DNA of 64,000 bases from Eledone cirrhosa. Lineage: Eukaryota. The notes under the pieces were generated by a model. The model had not been told where the DNA came from. It ran no database searches and saw only the letters and a program-made list of their open reading frames with translations. The DNA lies in NCBI GenBank assembly GCA_964016885.1, contig OZ024748.1, forward strand, positions 24,738,001 to 24,802,000, given 5' to 3'. Both the position numbers and the translations under genes were made by a program. Positions 41,479 to 53,698 of the stretch are shown here, one piece after another. How positions within the stretch are numbered: position 1 is the stretch's first letter; every line of letters starts with the position of its first letter.

Positions 41479-41816
41479 AGGCACATGGCCTAGTTGTTAG
41501 AGCATCGAGCTCACAATCGCGAGGTTGTGAGTTCAGTTCCTGGACCAAGTCATGTGTTGTGTCCTTGAGCAAGACACATTGTTTCACGTTGCTTCAGTTC
41601 ACTCAGCTGTAGAAATGAGTCACGACGTCACTGGTGCCAAGCTGTATCGGCCTTGATCTTTCCTTTGGTCAACACCAGTGGCTGGGAGAGGGGAGACTGG
41701 TATGCATGGGTGACTGCTGGTCTTCCACAAACAACCTTGCCCGGACTTGTGCCTCGGAGGGGAACTTTCTAGGTGCAAATCCCACGGTCATTCATGACCG
41801 AAGGGAGTCTTTACTT
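41479..41816 (+). mobile_element. tRNA-derived SINE family B (head/core like family A, different tail)
   Basis: GGCACATGGCCTAGTTGTTAGAGC head, CCTTGAGCAAGACAC core, tail ending CATGACCGAAGGGAGTCTTTAC. Confidence 0.85.
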
Positions 41817-41909
41817 TACATGTTCCATCTGACAGACTGAGGCCATGCTGCTCTTCATGGTATTAATATTTGATAATCTTAACATATTTGCTGAATCTTC
41901 CTTCTGCAG

Positions 41910-41971
41910 GATCTCAGTGAATTAGAAAACATACTCCAGGTGTTTGTGTTGAAAAATGAAGATCTAGGAAA
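41910..41971 (+). CDS. Dynein HC-like exon 19
   Basis: ctgcag / gtaagt; DLSELENILQVFVLKNEDLG(K). Confidence 0.82.
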
Positions 41972-42648
41972 GTAAGTGTTTCTTTTCCTATATCTTATTG
42001 CCACTGATGCCAGCCACACATGTAAAGTGATGTAAAGTGGTAGACGGTGGCTTATTGATGACATAGTTACATCCTCCTCCTCCCACTACTACTACTACTA
42101 CTACTACTCATCATTATCATAATCATCCTCTTCATCCTACTCCTCCTTCTCATCATCATTATCCTCAACCCCTCCTAATCACTCCACACCCCTTCATCAC
42201 CCTCCTAATCACCTCTCCTACTCTTTCCCCTCCTCTTCCTCCTCCCCATCATTATCATCATCATCATCGTCATTTAACATGTTTTTCTAAGGGTTGGATG
42301 GATGGTTACAAACTAAGTCAGTATTTAATTAGAGTTACTGACCTCTCAGACCAGTCACAGCACTCTGCCTTACTCACATGTGCTCCTACAATATCCAGAG
42401 TGCACCAAATGCATTTTATCGTGACACTAGTGTGGTGTCATATATTTGACACAACAGAAGAATCTTCTTGAACATCAAAATTTACAAATTTCCAACCATT
42501 TTTTACCCTACTAATACTCAAAACATGATGTAAAACAGAACTAAAGAAACATTTTTATGATAGTAGGGTAATATAACAATAAGGTTTATTGTTGAACTAG
42601 CTTATATTGTCTCCCTAAATAACTAATCAAATGTTTCAATATTTTTAG

Positions 42649-42696
42649 GTGTCAAAAGGTTTTAACTGACATCAAGACCACATGGACTGTTTTCAG
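42649..42696 (+). CDS. Dynein HC-like exon 20 (48 nt)
   Basis: tttttag / gtaaat; CQKVLTDIKTTWTVF(R), matches C...L...K..W at the start of DHC_N2. Confidence 0.82.
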
Positions 42697-43051
42697 GTAA
42701 ATAAAATCTCTTTGGCTTTGAAGAATCTTTTCTGATTCAAATATTCTTTAATATTTTGATACCAACCCATCTAAAACGTTCATATTTACATTAAACCTTT
42801 TCATCATAAGTTTAGGACATGTTTGTTAAGATATAGTTATTTGATTAAATCTCTTTGAACTCTTGAATATTTTCGAAGTTATTTGAAAATTGTAGTCAGT
42901 GACTTTCATTAGATATATGGCAACGAAAGTATGAAGCAATCATTATCATAGATACAGAATTAATTCTTGTTTTCTTTAGAATCTAAAACAAATACTTTGT
43001 AAATCCCTTATTACATTATTATATAACTTTGAACATACTTTTGGTTTACAG

Positions 43052-43223
43052 ATACATTGAAAATAATCACAGACAATGGCAAACAGTTCAGTGGAATGAG
43101 CTGGATGTTAAAGATGTTACTGATGAGGTTAATAAAGAAGTGGAAACTTTAAATTCTTTGCCTGATGATATAAAATCTTTAGAGATCTACAGAGAAATAT
43201 TTGAGGAAGTGAAACTCTTTCAG
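43052..43223 (+). CDS. Dynein HC-like exon 21 (DHC_N2)
   Basis: ttacag / gttag; ...QWQTVQWNELDV...SLPDDIKSLEIY...VKLFQ. Confidence 0.9.
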
Positions 43224-43242
43224 GTTAGACATTTATATTTTC

Positions 43243-43400
43243 CTTCTTCTTCACACATCTATTCCTGAGAAGATTGTGAGGACAGTGTTCTCAAACACTC
43301 CTTTCAGTTGGTCCTGTCAGAAGCAACTGTCTCCAATTGATCCAGTTGGGTCCTCAATTGAGACCAGGTGAGCTCACAGATGTTATCAAACCATCTTGCT
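43243..43400 (-). mobile_element. RTE-clade LINE 3' fragment, same family as 25373-25740
   Basis: Aligns by eye with 25380-25540; (CTT)n on + strand. Confidence 0.7.
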
Positions 43401-45453
43401 CGTTTTTTTTTAAATTTATATTTTCCATTAAAAAAAAAGTTACTTCTGTTATTTGTTTTATTTTTCTTCATTCTAAGTTCAAATTCTATTAGGGTCAGTT
43501 TTGATTTTCATCCTTTCAGAGTCGATGAGAAAATGCTAGTCTAGGGTGGTGGTCTTCTAGTCTGGTGGAATTGCAGTCTGGTTGTGTGGTAGACTGGTAG
43601 AATTGTGGACTAGTGGTCTGGTGATCTGGTTGTCTGGTAGACTGGTGGAATTGTGGACTGGTGGTCTGGTAGAATTGTGGATTAGTGGTCTGGTGGAATT
43701 GTGGACTGGTAGTCTGGTTGACTGGGGATCTGAGGGTCTGGTGGACTGGTGGAATTGTGGAATTGTTAGTGTTTAGTGTTGGATGAAATGGCTACAGCAT
43801 TTGTTCCAGCTTTTTACACTCTAATTTGAAATCTTACTGTGGGTTACATGGCTGGTAGATTTAATCTTTTGTCTGTTTAACACCACTGTCTGGCCCTTGG
43901 ACGCAATTAGCAATGTCCACTCTGTGGCAAGCATTTAACCGAGGGCTATAGTTTGAGAATACTTCACTCCCTCTGTTCCCCTTCATCCTCTTCTGCCTTC
44001 TTCTCTCCCTCCATCCCTCCCATCAGACTGAGAGTCCCTGAAAAGGGTTAAGTACACTGCTAAATAGTAGAAAAACGTTTTAAAGCAGCTGAAACTATCT
44101 GTCACAGTTGTTATTTCAACGGTGACTAAACAATTAATTTTGAATCAGCAACAGATTAGGATTCACTTCATTAACCCACCCCTACCCCACCCCCACCACA
44201 AATACCAACTAATGTTGAGGTTGAATCAACAACCATATGTAGCCCTTAAATCAACTTTGAAACATGGTTGATTAACTACAAAGCATCAGCTTGTAGTTCT
44301 TCCTTTATTAACCCTTTTGTTATCGTATTTCTAATGAAACACATTGTCTATGTTTTTTAAATAACTTTGAAAATAATCAAGAAATCTTTTTTTGTGTGTG
44401 CGGGGTGGGGGGTTAATAATATGAATAACTTTCTCATTATCAAGCTGGTATTTGAAACATAACTTAAGTTCTCATATAAAATTACAATTTACGTGTGTGT
44501 GTGTATGTTTGTGTATGTGTGTGTGTGTGTGTGTGTATGTATGGGCATGTGTGTGTGTCATACTCCACAGATTTTATGTGATAGAAAGGGGCACATGTTA
44601 AATGTGTAATGTATGAGCAAGATGAGGTCGTTCTGATATGTCTGGTCTCAAACTGTGGCAACCTGTCCAACTCATGTTAGTGTGAAAAGTGGATGTAAAA
44701 TGAGGATGGTTAGATTTTTTGAATTTAATTCTTGTATGTATAACTTTTCACTTCCAATTACTTGTGGCAGCTGACTTCGATTTGTAAAATTTGGGTTTTG
44801 GCGTGTATTGTAATTGGTTGCGTATGACAGCCCCTACTTTAATCTGAAGCCCCCTCCCCAGGTCTAAATCTGGCCCTGTGGTGCCATGATAAAATACACT
44901 CAGTACACTCTATAAAGTGGTTGATGATAGGAAGGGCATACAGCCATAGAAACTATGCCCAAAATGGAATGTAAAAATGACAGGTATTCCTATTAACTGT
45001 TTCCAAGGGCAGTGAATCCTAATAAGAACTGACTCAGATGATGATGATCTTTGTTAAGTTATGTTCCAAAGACCAACTTAATGAGAAAATTAGTTACATT
45101 ACTATATCTTTGCAAACTCTTTATTATTTTCAATTTTTTTTGAAAATCAGAGGCAGTGTGTTTTGTAAGAGATATGGTAACAAAAATATCAAATCGTTTA
45201 TATTTATCTAAAAAAACCTTTCACTATAATTTTCTGTATGGACCTTTGTTAAGTTATGTTAAAAAAAATCAGCTTTAAAATGGGAACTTTTGTTATATTA
45301 TTTAATATCTCCAAATTTTTGAATATTTTCAAAATTATTTGAAAATCATAGGTGATATCTTTCATTAGAAATATGGTAACAAAAGTCTCAAATGTTGCAA
45401 TGATATAATCAGAATGTTTTTAAAAAGTTTTTTTTTACTACTTTTTATTTCAG

Positions 45454-45601
45454 GTGTGTTTACCTGTGGTGTCATGTCTGCTCAATCCAAGCTTGCGTCC
45501 TCGTCATTTCAGACAGTTACTAAGGAGTGTCACTACAGACATAGACAGTGATACATTCAATAAAATTACTCTTAGTCAATTCTTCTCTCTTAACTTCCAA
45601 G
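45454..45601 (+). CDS. Dynein HC-like exon 22 (DHC_N2)
   Basis: tttcag / gtgaat; VCLPVVSCLLNPSLRPRHFRQLL...ITLSQFFSLNFQ. Confidence 0.92.
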
Positions 45602-45711
45602 GTGAATAATCCTTTAGTTTATATATGAAATTATATATATATGGTGTTATATATGCTTTATATGGGATGTAATGTTTATATATATATACATATATATATA
45701 TACACATATAG

Positions 45712-45741
<30 letters not shown>

Positions 45742-45743
<2 letters not shown>

Positions 45744-46068
45744 GGAGGCACATGGCTTAGTGGTTAGAGCATTGGCCTTGCAATCGAAAGGTTGTGAGTT
45801 CAATTCTCAGACCGGGTGATGTGTTGTTTCCTTGAGCAAGACACTTTATTTCACATTGCTCCAGTTTACTCAGCTGTAGAAATGAGATGATAGGGACTGG
45901 GGTCCCTATCATTCCACTGCAAAGTGGTCGTGGAGGTGCCACGCAAAAAAAGCACCCAGCACTCACTGTAAATGAGGTTGGTGTTAGGAAGGGCATCCAG
46001 CTGTAGAAATCAAGCCAGAATCAGTTCCCGTCCCACCCTTGCAAGCAGGGAAAAGTGGACGTAAAATG
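45742..46068 (+). mobile_element. SINE family A, full length
   Basis: Near-identical to 27837-28168; intact A and B boxes. Confidence 0.92.
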
Positions 46069-46084
46069 AAATGAAAAAATGAAA

Positions 46085-46127
<43 letters not shown>

Positions 46128-46234
46128 GAAAGTGTCTCAATGTAAAATAACGAGTATAGAACAGAACCGAAATACAATGTAAAAGACAATCATAGAGTAT
46201 TTTAAATGTTTTAAACACTTTGGTTGTCATTTAA

Positions 46235-46273
<39 letters not shown>

Positions 46274-46406
46274 GTTGGAGCTCTGAAATAGCGATGTATA
46301 TATTAATATACATATTGTATATCTGATAATACACTGTATGTTTATTTTAAAACATTTTGAAGGCCTTTCACCATGAATTTAAGGTAGTGACTAACGTCAC
46401 ATTCCT

Positions 46407-46498
46407 AGCTTCAGCAAAAACAAAGGGAAATAACTGACGTGTTTCTCGCTGTTTAGCGGTTATCAAGGTTATATACCCCTCTGTTTTTGCTATGAGCT
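46407..46498 (-). ncRNA. Hammerhead ribozyme motif, U3-A8 core variant, inside a 326-bp-period partial tandem repeat (46268-46679)
   Basis: Minus strand: ATAACC-TTGATAA-cCGCTaaacAGCGa-GAAACACGTC-AGTTAT; extended stem I AGCAAAAACA/TGTTTTTGCT. Confidence 0.65.
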
Positions 46499-46873
46499 GT
46501 AGAAGCTGGATTCTTATAGAATACCAATTATATTTATGAGCTTATTAAACTCATTAACATACAGATTGGTTGCCAGCCCAGCATCAATTAGGGATTTGTG
46601 TAGGAGCTCTGAAATAATGATGTATATATGAATGTACGTATTGTATATTTAATAATATACTGTATGTTTATTTAAAAACCTTATATATATATATATGATC
46701 ATATATATGTTTTCTATGGTATGACACATGGCCAACCCTAGCCAGACTTGCCTGCCGGCGTGGACAACCCATCTAACCCATGCAAGCATGGAAAAATTGA
46801 CGTTAAACGGAAATGAGGATGATGAATGATGATATGGTGTTATATATAAGTTATATATATGTTATATACACTA

Positions 46874-47203
46874 GGTAAAGACCCCCTTCAGTCACGAATG
46901 ACCATGGGATTTGCACCAAGAAAATTCCCCTCCACGGCACAAATCCGAGAAAGGTCTTTTGTGGAAGACCAGCAGTTGCCCATGCATACTAGCCTCCCCT
47001 CTGCACGCCACCGATGATGTCCAAGGTAAAGGCAACGACCGATACAGCTTGGCATCAATGACATCGCAACTCATTTCTACAGCTGGAGCAATGTGAAATA
47101 AAGTGTCTTGCTCAAGGACACAGCGCATCACCCGGTCCGAGAATTGAACTCACAACCTTCCGATTGTAAACCCAATGCTCTAACCACTAAGCCATGCACC
47201 TTC
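46874..47203 (-). mobile_element. SINE family B, antisense copy (partial relative at about 20440-20622)
   Basis: Reverse complement of 41479-41816. Confidence 0.85.
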
Positions 47204-47354
47204 ACATTATATACACTAATTATATAATTTCTCACACTATCTTCTATATCAAATGCAGTGTAGTGAGTTGACTCTTAATATTTGCCACTTCAAAAAAACC
47301 TTAATGGTTTGTCTATGTCCTGCATAACCTCTCTAACCCTCATATTTCCTACAG

Positions 47355-47509
47355 AACACATTGATGACATCTGTCATATTGTGAAATGTGCAGAAAAAGA
47401 AGTTAGTGTAGAAAAGTGTTTACGGAAGTGTGAAGAAGTGTGGATGAGTCAGATCTTTCTCTTGGAGTTACGTCACTTACCAAAGAGAGAACTACAAGCT
47501 AAACAGCAA
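47355..47509 (+). CDS. Dynein HC-like exon 23 (DHC_N2)
   Basis: ctacag / gtaagt; HIDDICHIVKCAEKEVSVEKCLRKCEEVWMSQIF... Confidence 0.92.
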
Positions 47510-48145
47510 GTAAGTCTTCAGAATATAACATTTACCTTCTTTATTCTAATATTTCTTTTAATGGTGGTAGATTGGCAGAATCGTTAAAGTGTTGGGTAAA
47601 ATACCTCATTCTATTTAATCCCACCAAAGTTAACTTTGATTTTCACCCTTCCAGGCATGATAAAATAAAGTACCAGTCAACTACTGGGGTTGATTTAATC
47701 AGCGTTGCCCTTTACCCTAAATTTTCTAGCAGTGTGCCTTTACTAAAAATCAATATTTCTTCCTCATAGCTTTTATGCTGCATTGATTGAGAAAAGTATT
47801 TTAGAAATTTGGTAATTTACCATTCCACCATTCTATAATCCTTACCACCACTCTATACTGCCTATACCACCATGTTATAGTAACCATCTCACCAATCTCT
47901 AACCTATATCACCATTCTATAATACCTTCCACCACATTCCCTTGTATATTTTATACTTACCTTACCACCATTGATCACATGGCATTTATTATAAACCTTA
48001 CATCGTTCCATTGCTAAAACCATTTGTCATACAGGTATAAAGGTGTCAAGTTCAAACCTTGACACAAGAGCTGTTATTTCCTTTAACTTTATCTTAATAC
48101 CATCTCCCTATTATATAACTTTATTTATGATTATTATATTATTAG

Positions 48146-48292
48146 TTAGACATGTCAAGTAATTGTCCAGCAAAGCCTCCAGAAAGTATATCATCTCCTA
48201 GGTATACAGCTACCCCATTTACCAGCAGAGCTAATTCTTGTCACAGTTTCTCTTCTTTGCCGACTTCAAGAATGAATTGGTTAGATGTTGAG
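48146..48292 (+). CDS. Putative exon 24: Ser/Pro-rich insertion in the linker
   Basis: attag / gag|gtaagt; 147 nt, phase 0-0, open (LDMSSNCPAKPPESISSPR...NWLDVE). No dynein homology, so supported only by splice signals and frame. Confidence 0.62.
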
Positions 48293-48546
48293 GTAAGTTT
48301 CTTGTTTGTTTAAAATTGAGTGACTTAACATTGTGCAATGACTGCAGATAATATCTAAAAATATGTTTGTTGATTCAAATAGAGTATCTCCACTTATGGA
48401 AAGATCTTTGTAAAAATTTACAATATTTGGGTAAAGATTTCAATTTTTAACATGACAATACTTTTCGAGAATGTTTTGCTAATGCAGTTTTATGCAGTAC
48501 AGAACTTTAAAAGTTGATAATTCTGAAACTTGTTTCATTTATTTAG

Positions 48547-48756
48547 CCAACAAATACAGTTTTGATGCTGTCCAATATAGACATACTACTTGATGATTTA
48601 ACAGAGCAGCAACAAATCTTGTATATGTTGACACAGAATGAAAATATTTCATCATTCCCTGATGAAATACATAAATGGTACAGCCAGCTTCATACAGTGG
48701 AAAAAGTATTAATTCTATGGCAGAAAGTACAAGACTATATGGACCAGCTAGTTGAG
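48547..48756 (+). CDS. Dynein HC-like exon 25 (DHC_N2)
   Basis: atttag / gtataa; ...LLDDL...EIHKWYSQLHTVEKVLILWQKVQDYMDQLVE. Confidence 0.92.
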
Positions 48757-49614
48757 GTATAAAATTATTTATTTATCTATTTATTAAATTAACTTAACCG
48801 TCCGTATAGAGCAGGTAAACCGTGGCAGACCAGAGGAAGTATCTAGTACTTCTTACAGTTGAGAAATAACAAACAAGATACACAGAGATAAGTGAATGTA
48901 AAAATCAAAACCAAAATAAAGATAAAAGTACAATAAAATAAAATGAAAAAATTAAATAGGGAAGGTCAACTGGAGGTAAAATAAGCTTAAAAAAGATAAA
49001 GAAAAAATGGGAAGCAAGGGAAACAGTAAAGCAGCTAGAAGATTCTGTTGTTGAATCTTTTCGTAGCCTCCATGATAGCTACATACTGGTTGTTGGTAGT
49101 GGATAGGAAGGTGAGCAGAAAATAGCATGAACAATGTGATGAGATAACAACAGAGCAGTATGATAGGAAGAGAGGTAGCTGTTAGCTAAGATTCTCAAGG
49201 GTTATAATAGTACAAGATGATGATACTAAATACGACCATGAGTGATGGGTATCAACAGATATGGATTATATGATTTAAATATATCTATCTGTGGAGCTGT
49301 AGAGATCAGATGGAGGAAGTGTTAACATCTTGTTGGTGACTTGATAATCAGATATACAGAAAGTAAGATCTGTATTACTTATATAGTTTCAGTAGAAAAG
49401 AATAAAAGAATATTTTAGGTTAAGGGAAGGATGTTATATATTCTTATGACCCAACTCTTGTTAGCAGGGAAAGCAGAAGTTAAGTGATGATGATGATGAT
49501 GATGATGAATGACTAAATCCTTGAAGTCAGTGACCTGGTGTGGCCACAGCTGAATTACTGAAATACATGAAAGAAAAAAAGAATTGAAAATCATATTTTT
49601 TACTGTCTTTTAAG

Positions 49615-49750
49615 GCATTTTCAAACGTTGATGTACAGTGGTTGCTACCTGTTGAAACAAAGTTATTTGAAAAAGCTCACCTGAAATATTTTCGCTTGAT
49701 GAAGTCCATTGAGAAAGTTCCAAATGTTGTGCAGAACTGTAACAAAAAAT
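49615..49750 (+). CDS. Dynein HC-like exon 26 (DHC_N2)
   Basis: tttaag / gtaagg; AFSNVDVQWLLPVETKLFEKAHLKYFRLMKSIEKVPNVVQNC. Confidence 0.92.
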
Positions 49751-50324
49751 GTAAGGACATATCACATCTTTCTGCCTCTATCACAGATCATTGTTTATGG
49801 AACCAAGTAATAATAAATTTTGTTATAACTTTTAACATCCTATAATGATTTAGCAGAAAATATCTAAAAATAGGTTTGTTAATTAAAATGTTTATAATAT
49901 CTTTACTAGTGAACAGATTATTGTGAAAATTCTCAGTATTAAAGTAAAAACTTTAATAGTTAATGTAAAACAATTACAGTACTGTTTTATACTTTAAAAG
50001 TATAAAAGGTTAAATAAAAACAAGAGAAAATATGAAAAATGTCCAGCTTAGAAATTAAGACATACAAGACTTTTATGATGATGTATACAATGGACTCACC
50101 CACCTTAGAAGACACTAAAGAAATGAACTTGCCTCATCCTTTCAACATACTCTCACTGTAGATGAATGTATAATGCCCTTGAGTTATCCTCTTTCATTGG
50201 ATATAATCTGTCTGCTACATAGCACATCAAATTTTGGATTAGCCAAGAACATTCATGATGAATTTGTTTATGTGACCCTATCTGTTTTAAAGTTTCCAGT
50301 CAATATTGTATTTTCTATCTTAAG

Positions 50325-50468
50325 GGATCCAATCATTTTTGGAAGGTGTCCTGTATGTATTTGAAAAATGCCACAAAGCTCTCTTCCATCAAATTGATCA
50401 CTTCCAACAAGTTTGTCCTCGATTTTACTTCCTTTCCACTGGTGAAGTTCTTCAAATTTTATGTTATG
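50325..50468 (+). CDS. Dynein HC-like exon 27 (DHC_N2, PRFYFLS motif; absent from the ORF track)
   Basis: cttaag / gtaagg; (W)IQSFLEGVLYVFEKCHKALFHQIDHFQQVCPRFYFLSTGEVLQILCY. Confidence 0.93.
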
Positions 50469-51382
50469 GTAAGGCCAAATATTAATTTTTGTTTTTGCTT
50501 TCTGGTTTAGTCTCATGAGGAGAGGCAGCATCTATGACCCCTTATGTTATGGTTTGGGAAAATATTAAAGTAGAGATGGTTGAGAGGACTCTTCAGTTAT
50601 GTCAAGGACACAACGACCAATCTATTGTTGTTGATATGATAAAACACACCCAATACACTCTGTCAAGTGATTGGAACAGCATCCAGCCATAGAAATCTTA
50701 GGAAACACCAAACAAAGGGAACAGAGCAATCATCAGTTGTGCCAAAGATATGACAACCTCCCAACCATTGGTGCCATGATAGAGTGCATGCTGCACTGTG
50801 TAGAGTGCAGGTTCTTGGCTTCAATTGAACACTGATGTTCTTTCTTTCTGATGTCCTACTCTTGTTAGCAGGGAAAACAGATGTTAAATGATGATGATGA
50901 TGATGACAACGATGATGAGGATGATGATGATAAAGATGATGATGATGATAATGATGATGATGATGATGATGATGAAGATGATGATGATGGTGATGATAAT
51001 GATAAAGATAATGATGATGATGATGATGATGATGATTCACATAAGGAAGGGCAGTAGCTATAACCCTTTTTTTCAGGGTCCCTAAAACTGGTGATGGTGG
51101 TAGTAGTGCGGAAGTAGGAAGGGGCTAGAGACCTGCTTCAAAATACTTACAAGTGTAATCAGTTAGAGGCATGCAAGGGGTTAGATTTGACATAACACTG
51201 AAATTGCTATTTTGTGTCTTGGGCAAGTGTCATTGACCCATGTCTTGTGAGTGAAATTTGGTAGACAGAAACTGTTTGGAAGCCTGTCAGGTTGATTCAA
51301 AGAAGCAGCCTTGTCACACCGTACGTCATGCTGAATCTCCCTGAGAATTATGTTAAGGGTATATATATATATATATATATAT

Positions 51383-51667
51383 TTGTGAGTTCAATTCTCA
51401 GACCAGGTGATGTGTTGTTTCCTTGAGCAAGACACTTTATTTCACATTGCTCCAGTTTACTCAGCTGTAGAAATGAGATGATAGGGACTGGGGTCCCTAT
51501 CATTCCACTGCAAAGTGGTCGTGTAGGTGCCATGGCAAAAAAGCACCCAGCACTCACTGTAAATGAGGTTGGTTTTAGGAAGGGCATCCAGCTGTAGAAA
51601 TCAAGCCAGAATCAGTTCCCGTCCCACCCTTGCAAGCAGGGAAAAGCGAACGTAAAATGATGATGAT
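51383..51667 (+). mobile_element. SINE family A, 5'-truncated, preceded by (TA)n
   Basis: Near-identical to the other family A copies. Confidence 0.9.
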
Positions 51668-51742
51668 GGTCTGTTTCCTTTCATTCCTTGTGCTCTAGTT
51701 GCCTTACTTGAGTCTCCATTCTCTCTTGTTTTCTATTCACAG

Positions 51743-51894
51743 CTAATGATTTCACTGTTTTAAGCCTGTATTTAAAGAAGATATTACCAAACATTGAAGA
51801 TCTTCAGTTTATAGAAGAAGTAAAACATGAAATGAAGACTTGTTACATTGAAGGAGTTTTTGGTGAAAACCATGACTACATGAAGCTTCCAAAG
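51743..51894 (+). CDS. Dynein HC-like exon 28 (DHC_N2)
   Basis: tcacag / gtacag; NDFTVLSLYLKKILPNIEDLQF...IEGVFGENHDYMKLPK. Confidence 0.9.
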
Positions 51895-52031
51895 GTACAG
51901 CACACAACACAGTTATATCCCTTATTTCAGAAATATCTTTCTTTCTTATGTAAATGGTGGTGCCCCAGCATGGCCTCAGCCAGTCAGGTGGAGCAGGTTA
52001 GAGTAAATGGGGTCGGGGGTGGGGGGTGCCA

Positions 52032-52474
52032 ATGATGATGATCACAACTGCGATGGTGTTGATGATAATGGTGGTGGTGGTGATGATGATGATGATGATG
52101 TGGAGGAGGAGGAGGAAGAAGAAGATGATGATAATGATGATGATGATGATGTTGGTGATGATGATGACAATGATGATGATGATGTGGAGGATGAGGAAGA
52201 TGATTCTGGTGATGATGATGATTATGACGATGATGATGATGATGATGATAAAGATGATGAAGATGGTGATGATGTGGACGATGATGATGATGATGAATGA
52301 TGATGATGATGATGACAACGATGATAATGCTGATGATGATGATGATAATGATGATGATGATGATGAGGAGGAGGAGGAGGAGGAGGAGGAGGAGGAAGAA
52401 GAAGATGATAATGATGATGATGATGATGTTGGTGATGATGATGACAATGATGATGATGATGATGATAATGTTGG

Positions 52475-52509
<35 letters not shown>

Positions 52510-52667
52510 TGGAGGATGAGGAAGATGATTCTGGTGATGATGATGATTATGACGATGATGATGATGATGATGATAAAGATGATGAAGATGGTGATGATGT
52601 GGACGATGATGATGATGATGATGATGATGACAACGATGATAATGCTGATGAGGAAGATGATGATAAA

Positions 52668-52702
<35 letters not shown>
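52032..52702. repeat. Compound (GAT/GAG)n trinucleotide tract with an internal block duplication
   Basis: GATGTGGAGGATGAGGAAGATGATTCTGGTGAT... block occurs twice. Confidence 0.92.
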
Positions 52703-52703
<1 letters not shown>

Positions 52704-53229
52704 TGTTATTAACTTGAGTGGAACTGGATTGCAACAATGAAGAAGTCTTTGTCATTGTTGACACCTTATGGAAATGTCAGCTAATGCTGGGGGTGGTGCC
52801 TGGTTGTTCCACTATTTCAACATAACAGTCACTCATTCTAATATTTTGGGCTACCTAAAAGATTTGTCGTGTTCCCTGCAGTGGTGTGTGATCAGGGTAA
52901 GAGAGCTGGGGGTGCCTAATTGTTATGATGGTGTGACACACCTGTGTTGTGTATATCTGTACGAAACGAGGGTAACACCCAAGGTATTCACCAGGTGTAA
53001 TTCTGAACTACCAGCGAGACTCCATTCACACAGTTCCTGTGACTGTTCACTTCAGTTCTTATTTATAGAATTTCGCCTAGTCCACTTTTAGTTACATGGG
53101 GGTATTCAGGGTTTTCCCCCCACAACACTAATCTTTGTTGTAGTTGCTGTTGTTTAATTTGTTTTGTAAATTATATACTTTCACAAATTATTAACCTTTC
53201 AATGATAAATATAACTTGTGTCTTTGCAG

Positions 53230-53368
53230 CCAGTTATGTGCAATGGGTTTGTTCATGAATGGTTAGAGTTGCTGTTATTGTCATTAAAGGAATCCTTATA
53301 TCATCATTTAACTGAAGCTATCAGATACAAAAACTACAGAGAAACGCCACATTCCAACAACCAAAATG
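53230..53368 (+). CDS. Dynein HC-like exon 29 (end of DHC_N2)
   Basis: ttgcag / gtgagt; PVMCNGFVHEWLELLLLSLKESLY... Confidence 0.9.
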
Positions 53369-53391
53369 GTGAGTAAAATATATAAAGTACT

Positions 53392-53698
53392 TTAACCCTT
53401 TAGCATTTACATTACTCTATATTTACTATTGTATTTTCACGGTAAATACTTTACCTCACATAATTATCTCACATAATGTTGAATCTATGAGATTTTGATA
53501 TTATTTATTTTGAGAACCGTACCTTAACATAAGTGTGAGCAGCTGGTTATGGCTGGTTTGAACAGAAGCAGGTGAGAGAATGGCCAGATATGGCCAGTTT
53601 AAGTGCTAAAGAGTTAACCCTCTACAGAACTCTAGAGTGGAGGTTCTGCTGACCGCACTGCCTGTCAGATATGGCTGGTTTAAATGCTAAAGAGTTAA
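53392..53698. mobile_element. TTAA-bounded MITE with duplicated right end
   Basis: Left TTAACCCTTTAGCATTTA; right ends TAAGTGCTAAAGAGTTAA (53617) and TAAATGCTAAAGAGTTAA (53698). Confidence 0.65.

Noticed and set aside
48790-49375. Possible decayed LINE fragment on the minus strand
   Set aside because: Composition suggests a TE, but I could not recover a recognisable protein motif
49751-51742. Apparent loss of the conserved FPRFYFLS linker segment (missing from the ORF track)
   Set aside because: Found by hand as exon 50325-50468
51998-52764. Asp/Glu-rich, poly-Met and poly-His ORFs
   Set aside because: (GAT)n microsatellite translations; not needed for the exon chain and without convincing splice signals
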